From Octopus sinensis (Eukaryota): DNA of 64,000 bases. The notes under the pieces were generated by a model. That model worked only from the letters and a program-made list of their open reading frames with translations, did no database searches and was not told the origin of the DNA. This document shows, piece after piece, positions 1 through 13,608 of this stretch. The stretch covers positions 88,660,001-88,724,000 of the forward strand of contig NC_043001.1 of the NCBI RefSeq assembly GCF_006345805.1, given 5' to 3'. Numbering within the stretch: the first letter of the stretch is position 1; the number at the start of each line of letters is the position of its first letter. A program made the translations under genes and the position numbers.

Positions 1-2725
1 TAACATATAATCTCCATTTCACCATTTATAATATACAATCCAAGGACCAATACAAAGTCTAAGTCTGTTTCTAAAATTTCAACATCTTGTAGCTAACTTG
101 ATAGAAGCACACAAGATTATCCACGATCTTTCCAACAACAGCTCTAGCCACTTTTCTCTGTTCAATACCTTTTATTACCTGTAAACATGCTCATAAAATC
201 AAAAAACAGCATAGCATACAGACTTTCAGAAACCATTTTTCATACTCACAATTGCAGAAGCTTGAAATAAACTGTGTTGGTCGTTAGATGTCTTGACATT
301 GTATCCTTCAAAAATTCTAAGCTTCCCCAAATTTGCCAATATCAGTCCTGATGTACCCTTTCTTGTTTATGGCTCATTTTCTGTTCATTTTTCTGAATTT
401 TTTGTTGTATTTTGTTCTGTGCATGTGTAGTTTTGGCTATCAATTTTGTTTGTCTTTACTTAATGCTGCTTTCTGTTCCTCTTTCACCCTTTTCTGATTA
501 ACTGTAGTGTACCAGAGCAGTGTATACAATAAGCTCATTATTATAATAAATCATGTTTGTTGATCATTAGCTTAATTTATGAAATGGGAGAGCAGTTTTA
601 ATACTTGATTTCTTGTACAAATAATTTGATTTTTTTTTAACAATGCTTTATTTTTTTTGATTTAATCATTATCATCATTATCATCATCATTTTAATATCT
701 GCTTTTCCATGCTTGCATGGATTGGACAATGCATGGTTCATTGACCTTTTGACATTTCAACTTTATTGAATTCTTTGTTTCTCTAAAAGCTTCTTTTCCA
801 CATAATTATCATTTTATTAACTACCAAATTATAATGTAACGTTGTTTATATTTTTATCTGATTATTAATGAGAGGCTTTAGTGACTGAGTTTCTACTACC
901 TAGATAGTTTCGATGATGGATGGACCTTATTGGATCATTAGCCTTAGCTATAATTTAGTTGGATAAATGATATCTCAAGTCATTCTTTTTACTTCCAATA
1001 TAATCTATACAATTTGTTGTTTTATTTTTACCACTAAAGACTGACTTTTTTTGTTTGATTCATTATTTCTGATTTGATTCATTCTTTCAACATATTCTCC
1101 CACCCTTACTAATGTATATATATAATTGCAGTGTTATTCTTTCTCTCCACATCACTCCAAACGTCATTACAATGGATTATAAAACTACACATTTGTGTAG
1201 CATTATATTTTATTTTATCAAAGAAGTAACTTACCTCAGATTTTATGTTTAGAATACTTTTTATGCTGTCTTGAATACATTGTTAGAACGATGTTCTGAC
1301 TAAACTTGAAATACATCTCATAATTGATTAGTAATTCATGAACAACTACTATTGACTTTTTGATGGCAGTGGTGGAATGGTGTTGTTGTTGTTGGTAGTG
1401 GTGGTGTTTAGCCTTAGATCAGCCATAATTGAGCAGAACTATGATCAAAGGTGTTCCAGCTGTCTTCGTGTGTCAGGGACTTATCCTTCTTTATTTAAGA
1501 CATTGCAATTCAAGGGATACTTGGCTGCTGTTCCTAACACAGGCTGCCACCATATCTTTGATAATATTTATAGTGTATACTTATGCTAGGGCCTAAATAG
1601 GTTAGCTACGCTGGCCCATGCTGTTCTACAGCTGCTTCCCTTCACATTTACAGCAATTACCCATTGTACAATTGACACTTGGTCGGTCAATAATACAGTT
1701 ACTATGATTTATATACACCTGGTTAATGTAATCACACAAAAAACGGCATTTATTTCATTTCCACAAAGCAATTTATCACAGTTTTAAATGATCAATGGTT
1801 TTGTATCTGTGCTAGGATATAGTAAAAGTCAGCCATTGAAGAGTACAGTTGCCACTGCTAACCCGACTAGTAAGAATGATCTTACCCAAGTATTATTGAG
1901 ATAAAGCAATGGAGTTGATTACAACATTGCAAGATAAGCATATATCAGACATTAATTAAAAAGCTTCATCTAGAAATCTTTGTTGGTTATGGAAATGCTG
2001 GATAAATATACATAGCTCTTTGATAGAAACAAACAACAGCTATTGTCTATGTGACTATATGGATTAGGTATCTCCAGTTAAGGCAAACAATTAAGCTATA
2101 ACTTTACTACTATTTGTTTATCTTTTCTTCACTTATGTAGAAGGGTAATAGGTGAATAGGGTAAAACTCAGAGTTAACTCCTGCAGTTACTGGAATTTGA
2201 ATTCAGAAGAACACTGTGAATTGATATGACCCCATGCTCTACCACTTCTATGAACAGTCTCTTAAACTGATATTAGGCCCTCGTTGTTAGAGGAAGAGTA
2301 TAACTAGTTGAGTCAGTCCAAATACCTTAACCCAGAGAGGTGAACAACTAAATCCAGTCTGCCCTGGCTTGATATTAAAATTTGAATGGAAACTATATAT
2401 TGTAAAATGTCTCCTCTGGCACTCTACCATTTCTGCCACAAATATACTATTTTACTGTTATTCTGTATCAATACTAGCCATAATGATTTGGTAGAGAGGT
2501 GTATTGGCTCATATGGTAGGACAGTCGGTAATATATACATGTTGGATGGCAGATAATGTGTTTGTGGCAAGGTAGAATGTTGGTAGTACATATGTCTGTA
2601 TGTTGGGTAATATACATATGTGCATGCAGAAAAAAAAATGACACATTATATAAGTAGCAGTGTGGTGTGCAAGTAATGCAGGTGGCTATGAGTGTAGGGT
2701 GATGGTAAATATAAATATGTTTAAG

Positions 2726-2915
2726 GCAGCACACTGGGCAAAATGCTTAGCAGCTTTTCGTCCATCTTTAGGTTCTCAGTTCAAATTCTGTTGAGGTCGA
2801 CTTTGCATTTCATCTTTCGGGGTCGGTAAAATAAGTGCCTGTTGAGCACTGGGGTCGATGTAATCAGCTTACCTCCTTTCCTGAAATTGCTGGCCTTGAG
2901 CCAAAATTTGAAACC
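2726..2915 (+). mobile_element. SINE family 1, older copy
   Basis: gttcaaattc...gaggtcgactttgc...cactggggtcgatgtaatc...ggccttgagccaaaatttgaaacc. Confidence 0.85.
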
Positions 2916-4929
2916 AATATAGGTATGTATATGTGTATGTAAGAGTGGTAGCTACTGGGTAATTAATAAAAGTGGCTGGTGGTTACATTATTCTTTTACT
3001 TGTTTGAGTCGTTTGGGTGTAACCATGTTTGTGCCCCACTTTGAAGTGTTTAAAAAATCAAATCAACCCTAGTACTCATTTTTCAGTCTCATACTCATTC
3101 TGTTAGTTGTGTTATGCTGCATTGGTATGTTATGGGTAATGTAAACAAAGTAACACCAGATGTACTTGACAGTCATTGTTAGTTTGTTTACATATCCTGT
3201 AACTTAGTGAAAGACAAACATACATGCATACACATATTCATGCACAAACACATACACACATCTCTGTTATTTGTTGAATAGTAATAGCTGACCATAGCTT
3301 TGTAAAGCAAAACGCTCAATAAAAAAGTTCCACAATAGAATGTAAGCATGGATGGAACACTCTGAATTCCTCTTGCAAGAGGCATCCATCACTGCCTCAT
3401 CTGTGCCAAAGAGTATAGGTCCCTAATGAAACTGAAAAGCCACTCCTGCACTGGATATGTGTAAGAGAATGATCAAATGATGGCATTGCTCAAAATCAAG
3501 ATGCAGCCATCATATATGAATGTGTTGAACCAGACTGACTACCCTCAAGTGAGTAACTTTTGATCTCTATAAGTCTGAAAAGACTGTCAGAGACATAATT
3601 AGCTGGCACACCTTGACCAATATCATAGCAACATTTTAGGTTACATATCACCCCCCATGACTAGTATTTACCTATTTGAAACACCACAGGGCTCACTCAG
3701 CTTTATTTAGTCTACATAGCCACAGATGTATGTACATACTGTCTCATTTGCTGCCACAAGACCATGGAGGAGAATATGTATGGGATATGGTCATTGTTCT
3801 TTAACCCCAGATTAGTCCTGATCAATCAGACCTTAGATTGGAGGGATTTCACTCATGACCATACCATTTCTATCCTCTGGACTAGAGATTTGGCTGCTCT
3901 TTCTGGCAGAAAATGCCAGATAGAAGTTCCCTAAAGCTTGTATTAATATGGTAGAATATATTTGAAGTTGCTATAGGTCAGTATTGAATGTTGCATATCT
4001 GATTAAAAGTAACTTTTGTTTTTGTTTTTTTTGCCTGTATACATGTAGGTGAGTGTATATAAGATTAAGTAGAATTTGTGTGTATAAGGGAGAGAGGATG
4101 GTAAAGGAAAAAAAAATCATGTCAGTATCTGCTGTCTTATTAATTGTGGGAATTAACAGACTTAGTTATCTCCCTTACAACTTATTTTATACACGTTTCA
4201 CATGGTTTTTTTTATTTTTTGCTATATTTCTTCACATCTGCTACAGATTATTACAAAGAATTTTCTCCCCAACATTGTTTCATAATTTATTTATACACAC
4301 ATTTTACAGCATTTTATACATAAATAATACTCGGAGTGAGAGAGAAAGTGATGGAGAGTTTAATGCAATGCATCATTCACATACTATGTTACTAAATCAT
4401 AGCATCATAGATATTACCAGACAGTAATAACTGAACTTATTTAGTATTATGAAAATCATTGTATTCTTAGATGTTTTCCTCTCAACATTATAAGCTTACT
4501 AATTAAGATTCCTCAGTTTATTGAGTTCATTAACATTTCCAAAGAGAGAAATAAATATATTTTGCATGGCGTTCTTGTCAATATTCAGCCTAGCAATTTT
4601 TTCTGTCTTTCTTTTTCTTTCTTTCTTTCTTTCTTTCACATTTTTTCTCAAACATTTTTTCCTAATTTTTGAAAATATATTTTCCTATACTGTTATTTTG
4701 CTATAAATAAAGATATCATTTATTTCAATTTGTATCATTAAATAACAAAACCAACATTTATCTCAACGATAACTTTTCTTAGATAATCATACTTTTTTGT
4801 TAAATGTTATTCTTATCTAATTGAAAGACATTTCATTAATATTGCAAGTTGTTAATCAAATGTGTTATGGTTAAGATGATTTGTTGATAGTAACGAACTT
4901 CTGCTAATACTGGCTCGTCCCTGCTCTAG

Positions 4930-5031
4930 GTACCCCAACGGTGCAGACTGTTGCAGAAAGCAGTCCTAAACCTGCTGCCCTTGGCTCAGCAAGTTTATTT
5001 GTTGCTGCTGTTGCTTCAGCATCAGCCTCAG
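4930..5031 (+). CDS. CaMKII: Candidate CaMKII variable-linker cassette exon (G)TPTVQTVAESSPKPAALGSASLFVAAVASASAS
   Basis: Acceptor ctgctaatactggctcgtccctgctctag|G with a putative branch point, donor CAG|gtaaat. 102 bp, phase 1-1, open and in frame with the 32745 exon. Ser/Ala/Pro-rich like CaMKII linkers. Assignment to CaMKII is by position and phase only. Confidence 0.62.
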
Positions 5032-6700
5032 GTAAATGGGCTTGGTGTGTTTCCCCTGAATCTTTAATAACCATGACAGCTTCTTATAGCCTGTCATTGT
5101 CCTGTGTTTTTGTGAGACATATTACCAACATTCACCAAATATGTAATCCTCTCTTTGACCACTAATATCTTCTGGAAGAAGTTTTAAACTAATCCCTAAA
5201 AGTATATCTCTGTTGACTTATCTGAAGTTCTTAATATCTGCATCTGAATTACTCACATGTTCACTTGGTTTCTTTCATATTTCACTTTACCATGTGTTTA
5301 AAACTCACAATCCTTATACCATTGTTATGGTCATTACCTTGTTGGTCGAATATCTTTGTCATTAGGAAACTTTAAGAAGTTTAATGTGTCTCAGTAGTGC
5401 TCCGTGCATGCATGTTTGTGTGTTCAATTATTAAACTAAGTTCTACATGTATGTTTCTTTATCAAAACTTATTGTTTATTCTAAACTGTCTAAATCTAAC
5501 TTAATGGTTCCATTCTGGATAAACATGTTCTCAAAGTTTTGTTGTTGCATAAATGAAATGCAATAATGAAGGAAATTCAACAATTATTTGTATTGGGTTT
5601 TATTATTTTATTCATATTTCTCTTTTTAACTAGTTCATTGTTGAAAATAATTTACAAAAAAAAATCTATCTTAAATTCTTTGTAGGAGACATTTATAAAG
5701 TCACATATACATCAAACATATGCACAAACTCATATAAAAGAGAAAGCAGTGATGGTGATTAAATAAAGCAATACAGACGAAGTTGATTCACACAGATACT
5801 GAATGTTTTCAAGTTTAAGACACCTTGATAAGGAAACCGTAACTCACTCACCATTGAATTGTACCTTTTTTTTCTTTCTCCCCTGCAAATTTTACAACAT
5901 AGTTTGTTCTAAACTTCTTGACTTTTTCCTACCCCATTATAACAAACTTGGTACAGCTGTCTGTCTTGTCTTGACTCCACTGTACCTTACTCCACCATAC
6001 AGATTAAATGCTTTGCCTAATTTTTCTGTTCACAGACCCACATGCCTCTCTAACTTTCACTCAGTTGTAGTTTTCTCTGCGACCACCGGCATGTTTTCCA
6101 ATTCAACATTTACTACATTGATGTTAGCTTGTAGTAAGTGGCTAACTATAGAGTCACCTAATTTATTACACTCCTAAACAGGTTCTCAGAACTCTCCTTG
6201 CCTTTACTAATGAATAAAAAAAGACACTTGAGTCTTCTGCATTAAACATTAATAGCCAACACAAGATAGCTGAAAGAAGCTATATATCAGAATTCAGTGA
6301 TCCTAGTGGTGGTGTGTGTCAACAAACATCAGTAAAATGAAAACAATATAATTTTTAAAAAGAACAGGTGGTTGCTTGACCTTATGATTAACACCAACTA
6401 GACAAACACGTGGATTGAGATGAGATAATCTTTATGTGGTTGTTTAACGTGCATATATATATGCATATAAGTGTATTTATATATATATGTACATATCTGT
6501 ATGTATATATATATATATATATTATATATATATATAATATATATATATATATAAATGTATGTATGTGTATAAATGTATGTATGTGTATATATATATGTAT
6601 GTGTATGTATATATATGTATGTATATATGTGTATGTGTATATATAGATGTGTGTGTGTGTATGTACGTGTATGCATATACATGGTGTGTGTATGTACGTG

Positions 6701-6731
<31 letters not shown>

Positions 6732-7341
6732 ATGTACATGTATGTATATATATCTGTATGTATATATATATATATATGTATGTATGTATATATGTGTATG
6801 TATATATATATACATGTATGTGTATTTATATATAACATGTATATATGTATGTATATGTATGTATATATATATATGTATGTATATATGTGTATGTATATAT
6901 GTGTATGTATATATGTGTATGTATATATATGTATGTATATATATATATGTGTGTGTATATATATATACATGTATGTGTATTTATATATAACATGTATATA
7001 TGTATGTGTGTGTATGTATATATATGTATGTCTATGTATGTATATATGCATGTTTATGTATGTATATATGCATGTGTATGTATGTATATATGTATGTGTA
7101 TGTATATACATGTGTGTGCATGTATATATATATATGTGTGTGTATATATATATATATGTGTATATGTGTGTATGTATATATATGTGTATGTATGTATATA
7201 TATATATATATATGCATGTGCATAAATATATGTATGTGTATATATATATATGTATATGCATGTATGTGCATATATATATATATATATATGTATGTATATG
7301 CATGTATGTGCATATATATATATATGTATATGTATGTGTAT

Positions 7342-7789
7342 CATCATCATCGTCATGGTTTAACATCCGCTTTCCATGCTAGCATGGGTTGGATGATTTG
7401 ACTGAGGTCTGGTAAACCAGATGGCTGCACCAGACTCAAAATCTGATCTGGCAGAGCTTCTACAGCTGGATGCCCTTCCTAATGCCAACCACTCCGAGAG
7501 TGTAGTGGGTGCTTTTACATGCCACCAGCACGAGGGCCAGTCAGGCAGTACTGGCAACGGCCACGCTCAAATGGTGCTTTTTATGTGCCACCTGCACAGG
7601 AGCCAGTCCAGTGGCACTGGCAACGACCTAGCTTGAATGTTTTTTCACTTGCCACCAGCACAAGTGCCAGTAACGCAGGTAACAATCACACACAAATGGT
7701 GTTTTTTACGTGCCATCGGCACGGAGGCCAGCTATTTGCTCTGGCAACAATCACGCTCATATGGTACTCTTAGCGCTCCAGTAGCATGG
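7342..7789 (-). mobile_element. RTE 3' UTR fragment (or RTE-tailed SINE), duplicate copy 1
   Basis: (CAT)n tail, ggatgcccttcctaatgccaacc motif and four degenerate ~63-bp units, as in 51424-51880. Confidence 0.88.
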
Positions 7790-7917
7790 ATGTATATATA
7801 TGTATGTATGTGTATGTACATGTATGTGTATATATATATATGTATGTATATATATATATATTATATATATATATATGTGTGTGTGTGTATGTACATGTAT
7901 GTATATATATCTGTATG

Positions 7918-7950
<33 letters not shown>

Positions 7951-8186
7951 ATGTGTATGTATATATATATATATATGTATGTGTATGTATATATATACAT
8001 ATGTGTATATATATATGTATATGTATGTATATATATATATGTATGTATATATGTGTATGTATATATGTGTATGTATATATGTGTATGTATATATATATAT
8101 GTATGTATGTATATATGTGTATGTATGTATATATATACATGTATGTGTATTTATATATAACATGTATATATGTATGTGTGTGTATG

Positions 8187-8217
<31 letters not shown>

Positions 8218-8777
8218 ATATGTGTATGTATATATATATACATGTATGTGTATTTATATATAACATGTATATATGTATGTATATGTATGTATATATATAT
8301 ATGTATGTATATATGTGTATGTATATATGTGTATGTATATATGTGTATGTATATATATATATGTATGTATGTATATATGTGTATGTATATATATACATGT
8401 ATGTGTATTTATATATAACATGTATATATGTATGTGTGTGTATGTATATATATGTATGTCTATGTATGTATATATGCATGTTTATGTATGTATATATGCA
8501 TGTGTATGTATGTATATATGTATGTGTATGTATATGTATATACATGTGTGTGCATGTATATATATATATGTTTGTGTATGTATATATATATATGTGTATA
8601 TGTGTGTATGTATATATATGTGTATGTATGTATATATATATATATATATGCATGTGCATAAATATATGTATGTGTATATATATATATGTATATGCATGTA
8701 TGTGCATATATATATATATATATATATGTATGTATATGCATGTATGTGCATATATATATATGTATATGTATGTGTAT

Positions 8778-9225
8778 CATCATCATCGTCATGGTTTAAC
8801 ATCCGCTTTCCATGCTAGCATGGGTTGGATGATTTGACTGAGGTCTGGTAAACCAGATGGCTGCACCAGACTCAAAATCTGATCTGGCAGAGCTTCTACA
8901 GCTGGATGCCCTTCCTAATGCCAACCACTCCGAGAGTGTAGTGGGTGCTTTTACATGCCACCAGCACGAGGGCCAGTCAGGCAGTACTGGCAACGGCCAC
9001 GCTCAAATGGTGCTTTTTATGTGCCACCTGCACAGGAGCCAGTCCAGTGGCACTGGCAACGACCTAGCTTGAATGTTTTTTCACTTGCCACCAGCACAAG
9101 TGCCAGTAACGCAGGTAACAATCACACACAAATGGTGTTTTTTACGTGCCATCGGCACGGAGGCCAGCTTTTTGCTCTGGCAACAATCACGCTCATATGG
9201 TACTCTTAGCGCTCCAGTAGCATGG
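8778..9225 (-). mobile_element. RTE 3' UTR fragment, duplicate copy 2
   Basis: Matches 7342-7789 at offset 1436; I saw only one substitution (gctatttg vs gctttttg). Confidence 0.88.
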
Positions 9226-9334
9226 ATGTATATATATGTATGTATGTGTATGTACATGTATGTGTATATATATATATATATGTACATATGTGTATATATA
9301 TATATATGTACATATGTCTATATATATGTATGTA

Positions 9335-9381
<47 letters not shown>

Positions 9382-11083
9382 ATATATATAGATGTATGTG
9401 TGTGTGTATATATATACATATGTGTATATATGTATGTATATATTAATTAACAGGAGATGGATTCAGTATTAAACCTTTAATACGTACAACATTCATTTCA
9501 GCCCATCCTGCTATTGTCCCTTATGTGTGCAAATCCATTCAACATGTTGTGTTGCATGGTTTTTACAGTTTGGGACTCATCAGCTACATCGATAAAGTTA
9601 TGTCTCACTACAGATTTTAGTGTTGTCTGCCTTGTTGGTATATGCACATCAAGTGATGGAATGAATAAAAGCAAATAAGGACTACAGAAATTCAAATATG
9701 AACATGAAAATCTTCTGTTCTTGTTTAGAGAAAATGACCTCATCGGCTTTTACTGTCATAACTGCTTAGGGGAAAAAGAAACTAGAATGCGAAAAGAAAG
9801 ATAGATTAATTGATTTATGATGATATCAGCGTAATCTAATATGTCTTTGACAATATTTAGATTAATTACCATTAAATAAGAGTTCCAGTGGAGATAATAA
9901 TTCATATACAGTGATTAAACAAAATTAAAATCTCTGTTGTCTTATCTTTGAAAAGTCATTTCATTTCTGACTTGTTTCCAAAGCATATTCAGTAACATGT
10001 GCTCCCATTCTCTTCAGTGATTGTTGCTTTATACAATGCATAAAGGTTATTAGGAATGTAATTGACACTAATCTGTTAAATTTCATTTGGTTATAGTTGT
10101 AATTTTGAATAAAATTTCAGTTAATCCTTGTTTGATAGAGAAATGCTTGACTAGAAAATTTCTCAATATCACTAGATATTCAGGCTCCACCAATAGCAAC
10201 CATACTTTTAAGCAGCCATTGTGAAAATAGAAGGTCAGCTGGTCAACCACCTATAGAACCAAGATCTCACTCTTGTTAAAAACAGTATACAAGAATGTTC
10301 TGACTGTCTGTAGTGTCTTCTGATTAGCAAAGCACCAAATCATTTTATTTATTTAACTTGTCTAGTTAGGTAACAATAAAGAAGTGGTAATTTTCATGGT
10401 AAGCTGAGACTGTGAAGACATCCAACCTTGCTCACATCCATATATCTATTATATTTCCTTTAAGCTATAGCCTTTGTGTCTACCTGAGATTAAGCAATAT
10501 TACTTTGACTTTTGGTGAGTACCATAGATTATCAAAGATATATTCTCTGTTAATTATATCTACAATCCAGTTATGATATATGGATTTTTGCATCGTCAAT
10601 ATCATTGAAATAGGCATGAGCTATGCAATATAATACTGATTTCTTATAGAGTCATTGAGGAAGAATGAAAATCAGATTATGTAATAATCATGATAATTAC
10701 TTTCCCCATTAGGATAACACCACTCATTTGAAGTATAAGAGTATAGTTGATTGAATACAGAACTGGCATGATTTGGTCAATACTAGAAGAATGAAAAACA
10801 TGTAAGCAAAAAGCTTCAAAATTCCATAAAATATTTTGTCCAGTACTCCATAACCTTTCTACTAAATCACTAATTCAATAATAATGTTAAAATTATGAGA
10901 CTGGTTAATCAGATTCAAGACCAATTTTTGCTAAGAAGGGATACAGTAATTTGAATAAATACAGTATATTCCTGGTACTTAGCCTTTTGTCCTTCCAGCA
11001 ATCCTAGTAGTATATGAACTCAGAATTAGAATAAATGCATTAAGTTAATGTATTTAGTCTGAATCTCTACCATTTCTGCTATG

Positions 11084-11120
<37 letters not shown>

Positions 11121-12038
11121 ATGTATGTGTAACCCCAGCACTTAACTGATACTTTATTTAATATAGGGTATGGAAAGGCAAAATTAGCTTTTACAGAGTT
11201 TGAATTCAGGATGTAAATGACCATAACTAAATATTGCAAGGCATTTTGTCCTATGACCTGCTCTCATACCAATAATTATTTTAATCATTTCTACTATAGA
11301 CACAAGATTATACGTTGTTTTTAAAAGTTCATTTACCAGTTCCAGTACTTGATGAATACTTCATTTCTTTTTCAATGGTTAAAAGCCAAGATCAACCTCA
11401 GTGAGATTTGAACATACATGGAAATGAGTAAATATCACGATATTTAATTTGTTGTGCTACTAATTCTGCCAAACTCCCACAAGTTCAATGATAATAATAT
11501 TCTTTATGATAAACCCTATGGGGTAAATGATTTCAGACAGTTTGCCAACTCATGTTAATTAAAGCTTACTTCTGTTGGCCACTGGTTTGGCAAATGTCAT
11601 AATCATACATAAGAGAACAGATTACAGTGTTAAAGACCTGTTTAGATGCTGATGATGCTGTTGGTGGTAGTGAATGATGTAAAATGTTTATAATTACTCT
11701 CTAAGTTGTGTTTGTAGCTTATGTTTTCTAATCTTGTGTGAGTTAAGCTGTTAAAGATACCTTCCACTATTGATATATTGACACATCTTGCTGTTTAGCT
11801 TTTCCATTAATCTCTCCTCTATTTCAATTATAATTATACATGCTTCAGATCACATAGGCCTCAATTTAAGATATTTTTACCTTGCATTTATGTGTGTGTG
11901 TGTGTGTGTGTAGACATGCTTGCACACACACACACATGCACATATGTTTTAAAAAAAATATATATTTTGGTCCTAGAAAAGACAGTAACCATTTTCTGTG
12001 AGATTGGTACAGTTGATGTTTTTTTAAATCTGTACCAG

Positions 12039-12092
12039 CTGATGCAGAAAGAATGTCAGCAAGGAGGGACCACTCAGTTTCTAAGAGAACAA
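12039..12092 (+). CDS. Weak candidate cassette exon (A)DAERMSARRDHSVSKRT
   Basis: Acceptor tttttttaaatctgtaccag|C, weak donor CAA|gtgcct, 54 bp, phase 1-1, open. Could be chance. Confidence 0.18.
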
Positions 12093-12549
12093 GTGCCTAA
12101 TTTGAAAAAGAAAAACCTTGGGGTCAATTTGATCAACTAAACCCTTCAGAGCAGTGTCCAGCATGGTCACAGTCCAATGATTGAGACACGTTATAGAATA
12201 AAAGCCTAATATGGCTGAGGAAAATACCTGAAGGGAACATTCTATTTAGTGAGTACAAACACTAAAGGGTCTTGCATATGTAATATAATGAGTTGAAATA
12301 CTTTAATGAACTGAGATTATCTAAGTTGTTAGCTGATATGATCTCCTTCTGGAAGTGTTTTAAATCTAAAAACAAGCAAAGGCAGCAACTTCAATACGAT
12401 CAATTGATTGAAATATTTTGACTATGGAGACAATACAGATTGGATCTATAAACCCAACTGATAAAACCAACAGATATGATGTGGTCTTATCAGTCCTCTT
12501 TGAAGAATAAACATTTTATTTAGTTGGTGAGACTAGGTTTGATCATTAT

Positions 12550-12584
<35 letters not shown>

Positions 12585-13554
12585 GAGAGAGAGAGGAAAT
12601 ATAGTGACATTGTTTGTGAATGTCAGCAATATAGTTGGGGCAGGATAAAATCCCTCGGGAAGCATTCTGCATAATAAATACAAATACAGTAAAACAATAT
12701 AGTAGTATGGTGAGTTAAAAAATTTGATCATCTGGTATTATCCAAGCAATTAATGAACAAAATCTCACTGTAGCAGATGGTTAAAACCTAAAAACAACAA
12801 GCTAGAAACATAATTCTAATGAAATAAAATGTTACATATACAGAGATGGATATATTGTGAATGGTAAAGCAGCAAGAAGTATCTGTTCTCATACATAAAT
12901 ATGAGAAGAGATACTTCTTGGTGATAAATTTTTCACTGACATCCCTGAAGTAATAAGTTCTCAAATAGAAATTGAAAAGTTTGTGTTGGCAGAGCAGTCT
13001 GTGTTAAGCATACAAGACAACCCATAGCCTAATGAACACCAAACTACAAAAGGCATACACTTCTGATGTACAAATTATTCTGGCTTGAAAGGACTCTTAT
13101 TTTACCAAGAAAGCATGAGAAAAGAGTGAGTAAGGTCAACAGATTGTATTTGCCCCCACATGCACACACACACATATGTCAACAGATATTCCTTCTAAAT
13201 AAATTATTGGATTGCCTATAAAGACTGAGAGACAGCAGTGTCTATATTGGCTGTTTTGTTTAATCATACATATTTGACATTTTCCTTCTCATTATTATTA
13301 ATGAAGAGGCTATATGTCCCACTCTTTTCTCTCTTTATCTTGTCTGCCTCTTGCTTCAGAGAGTGAGTAAGACTGGGTGACAGAGAATCAGGAAGAAAGT
13401 GAAAGAAAAAGACAATGTGGGAGAATAAAAAATGAGACAGTGTGGAGGACATTAACCAAGTATGAATGTTCTTTTTCTTCTCACAATCCTTTCAGTTCAA
13501 ATTGTGACCATATCCATAAATATAAGTATATTTATATTTTGTTTGCATCTGTAG

Positions 13555-13608
13555 TAATTACATCTTCAGCTTCAAAAAAGAAAGAACAGCATTTTAGGTT
13601 TTCAGACA
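13555..13608 (+). CDS. Weak candidate cassette exon (V)ITSSASKKKEQHFRFSD
   Basis: Acceptor tatattttgtttgcatctgtag|T, weak donor ACA|gtgaaa, 54 bp, phase 1-1, open. Confidence 0.25.

Larger units (their letters stand above)
6450..9445. repeat. Compound (AT)/(ATGT)/(GT) microsatellite arrays with higher-order repeat, part of a ~1.4-kb tandem duplication
   Basis: Marker tacatgtatgtgtatttatatataacatg at 6811, 6966, 8136, 8239 and 8394. This array produces the many YIYI/MYVC ORFs. Confidence 0.95.

Noticed and set aside
1229-1310. Perfect minus-strand donor GAG|gtaagt
   Set aside because: All frames of the upstream candidate exon contain stops; no support for a coding exon.
4860-5110. Minus-strand open frames (e.g. 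GLLSATVCTVGVPRAG, superficially SLC1-like)
   Set aside because: Antisense shadow of the + strand 4930-5031 exon; no splice context or extended similarity.
5900-6200. Minus-strand GDSIV...HVG fragments resembling an SGNH esterase of LINE ORF1
   Set aside because: Too short and disrupted to call without a profile search.
6398-9450. Many long ORFs (up to 345 aa) rich in YIYI/MYVC/HTHI
   Set aside because: Translations of (AT)/(GT) microsatellites, which lack stop codons; not genes.
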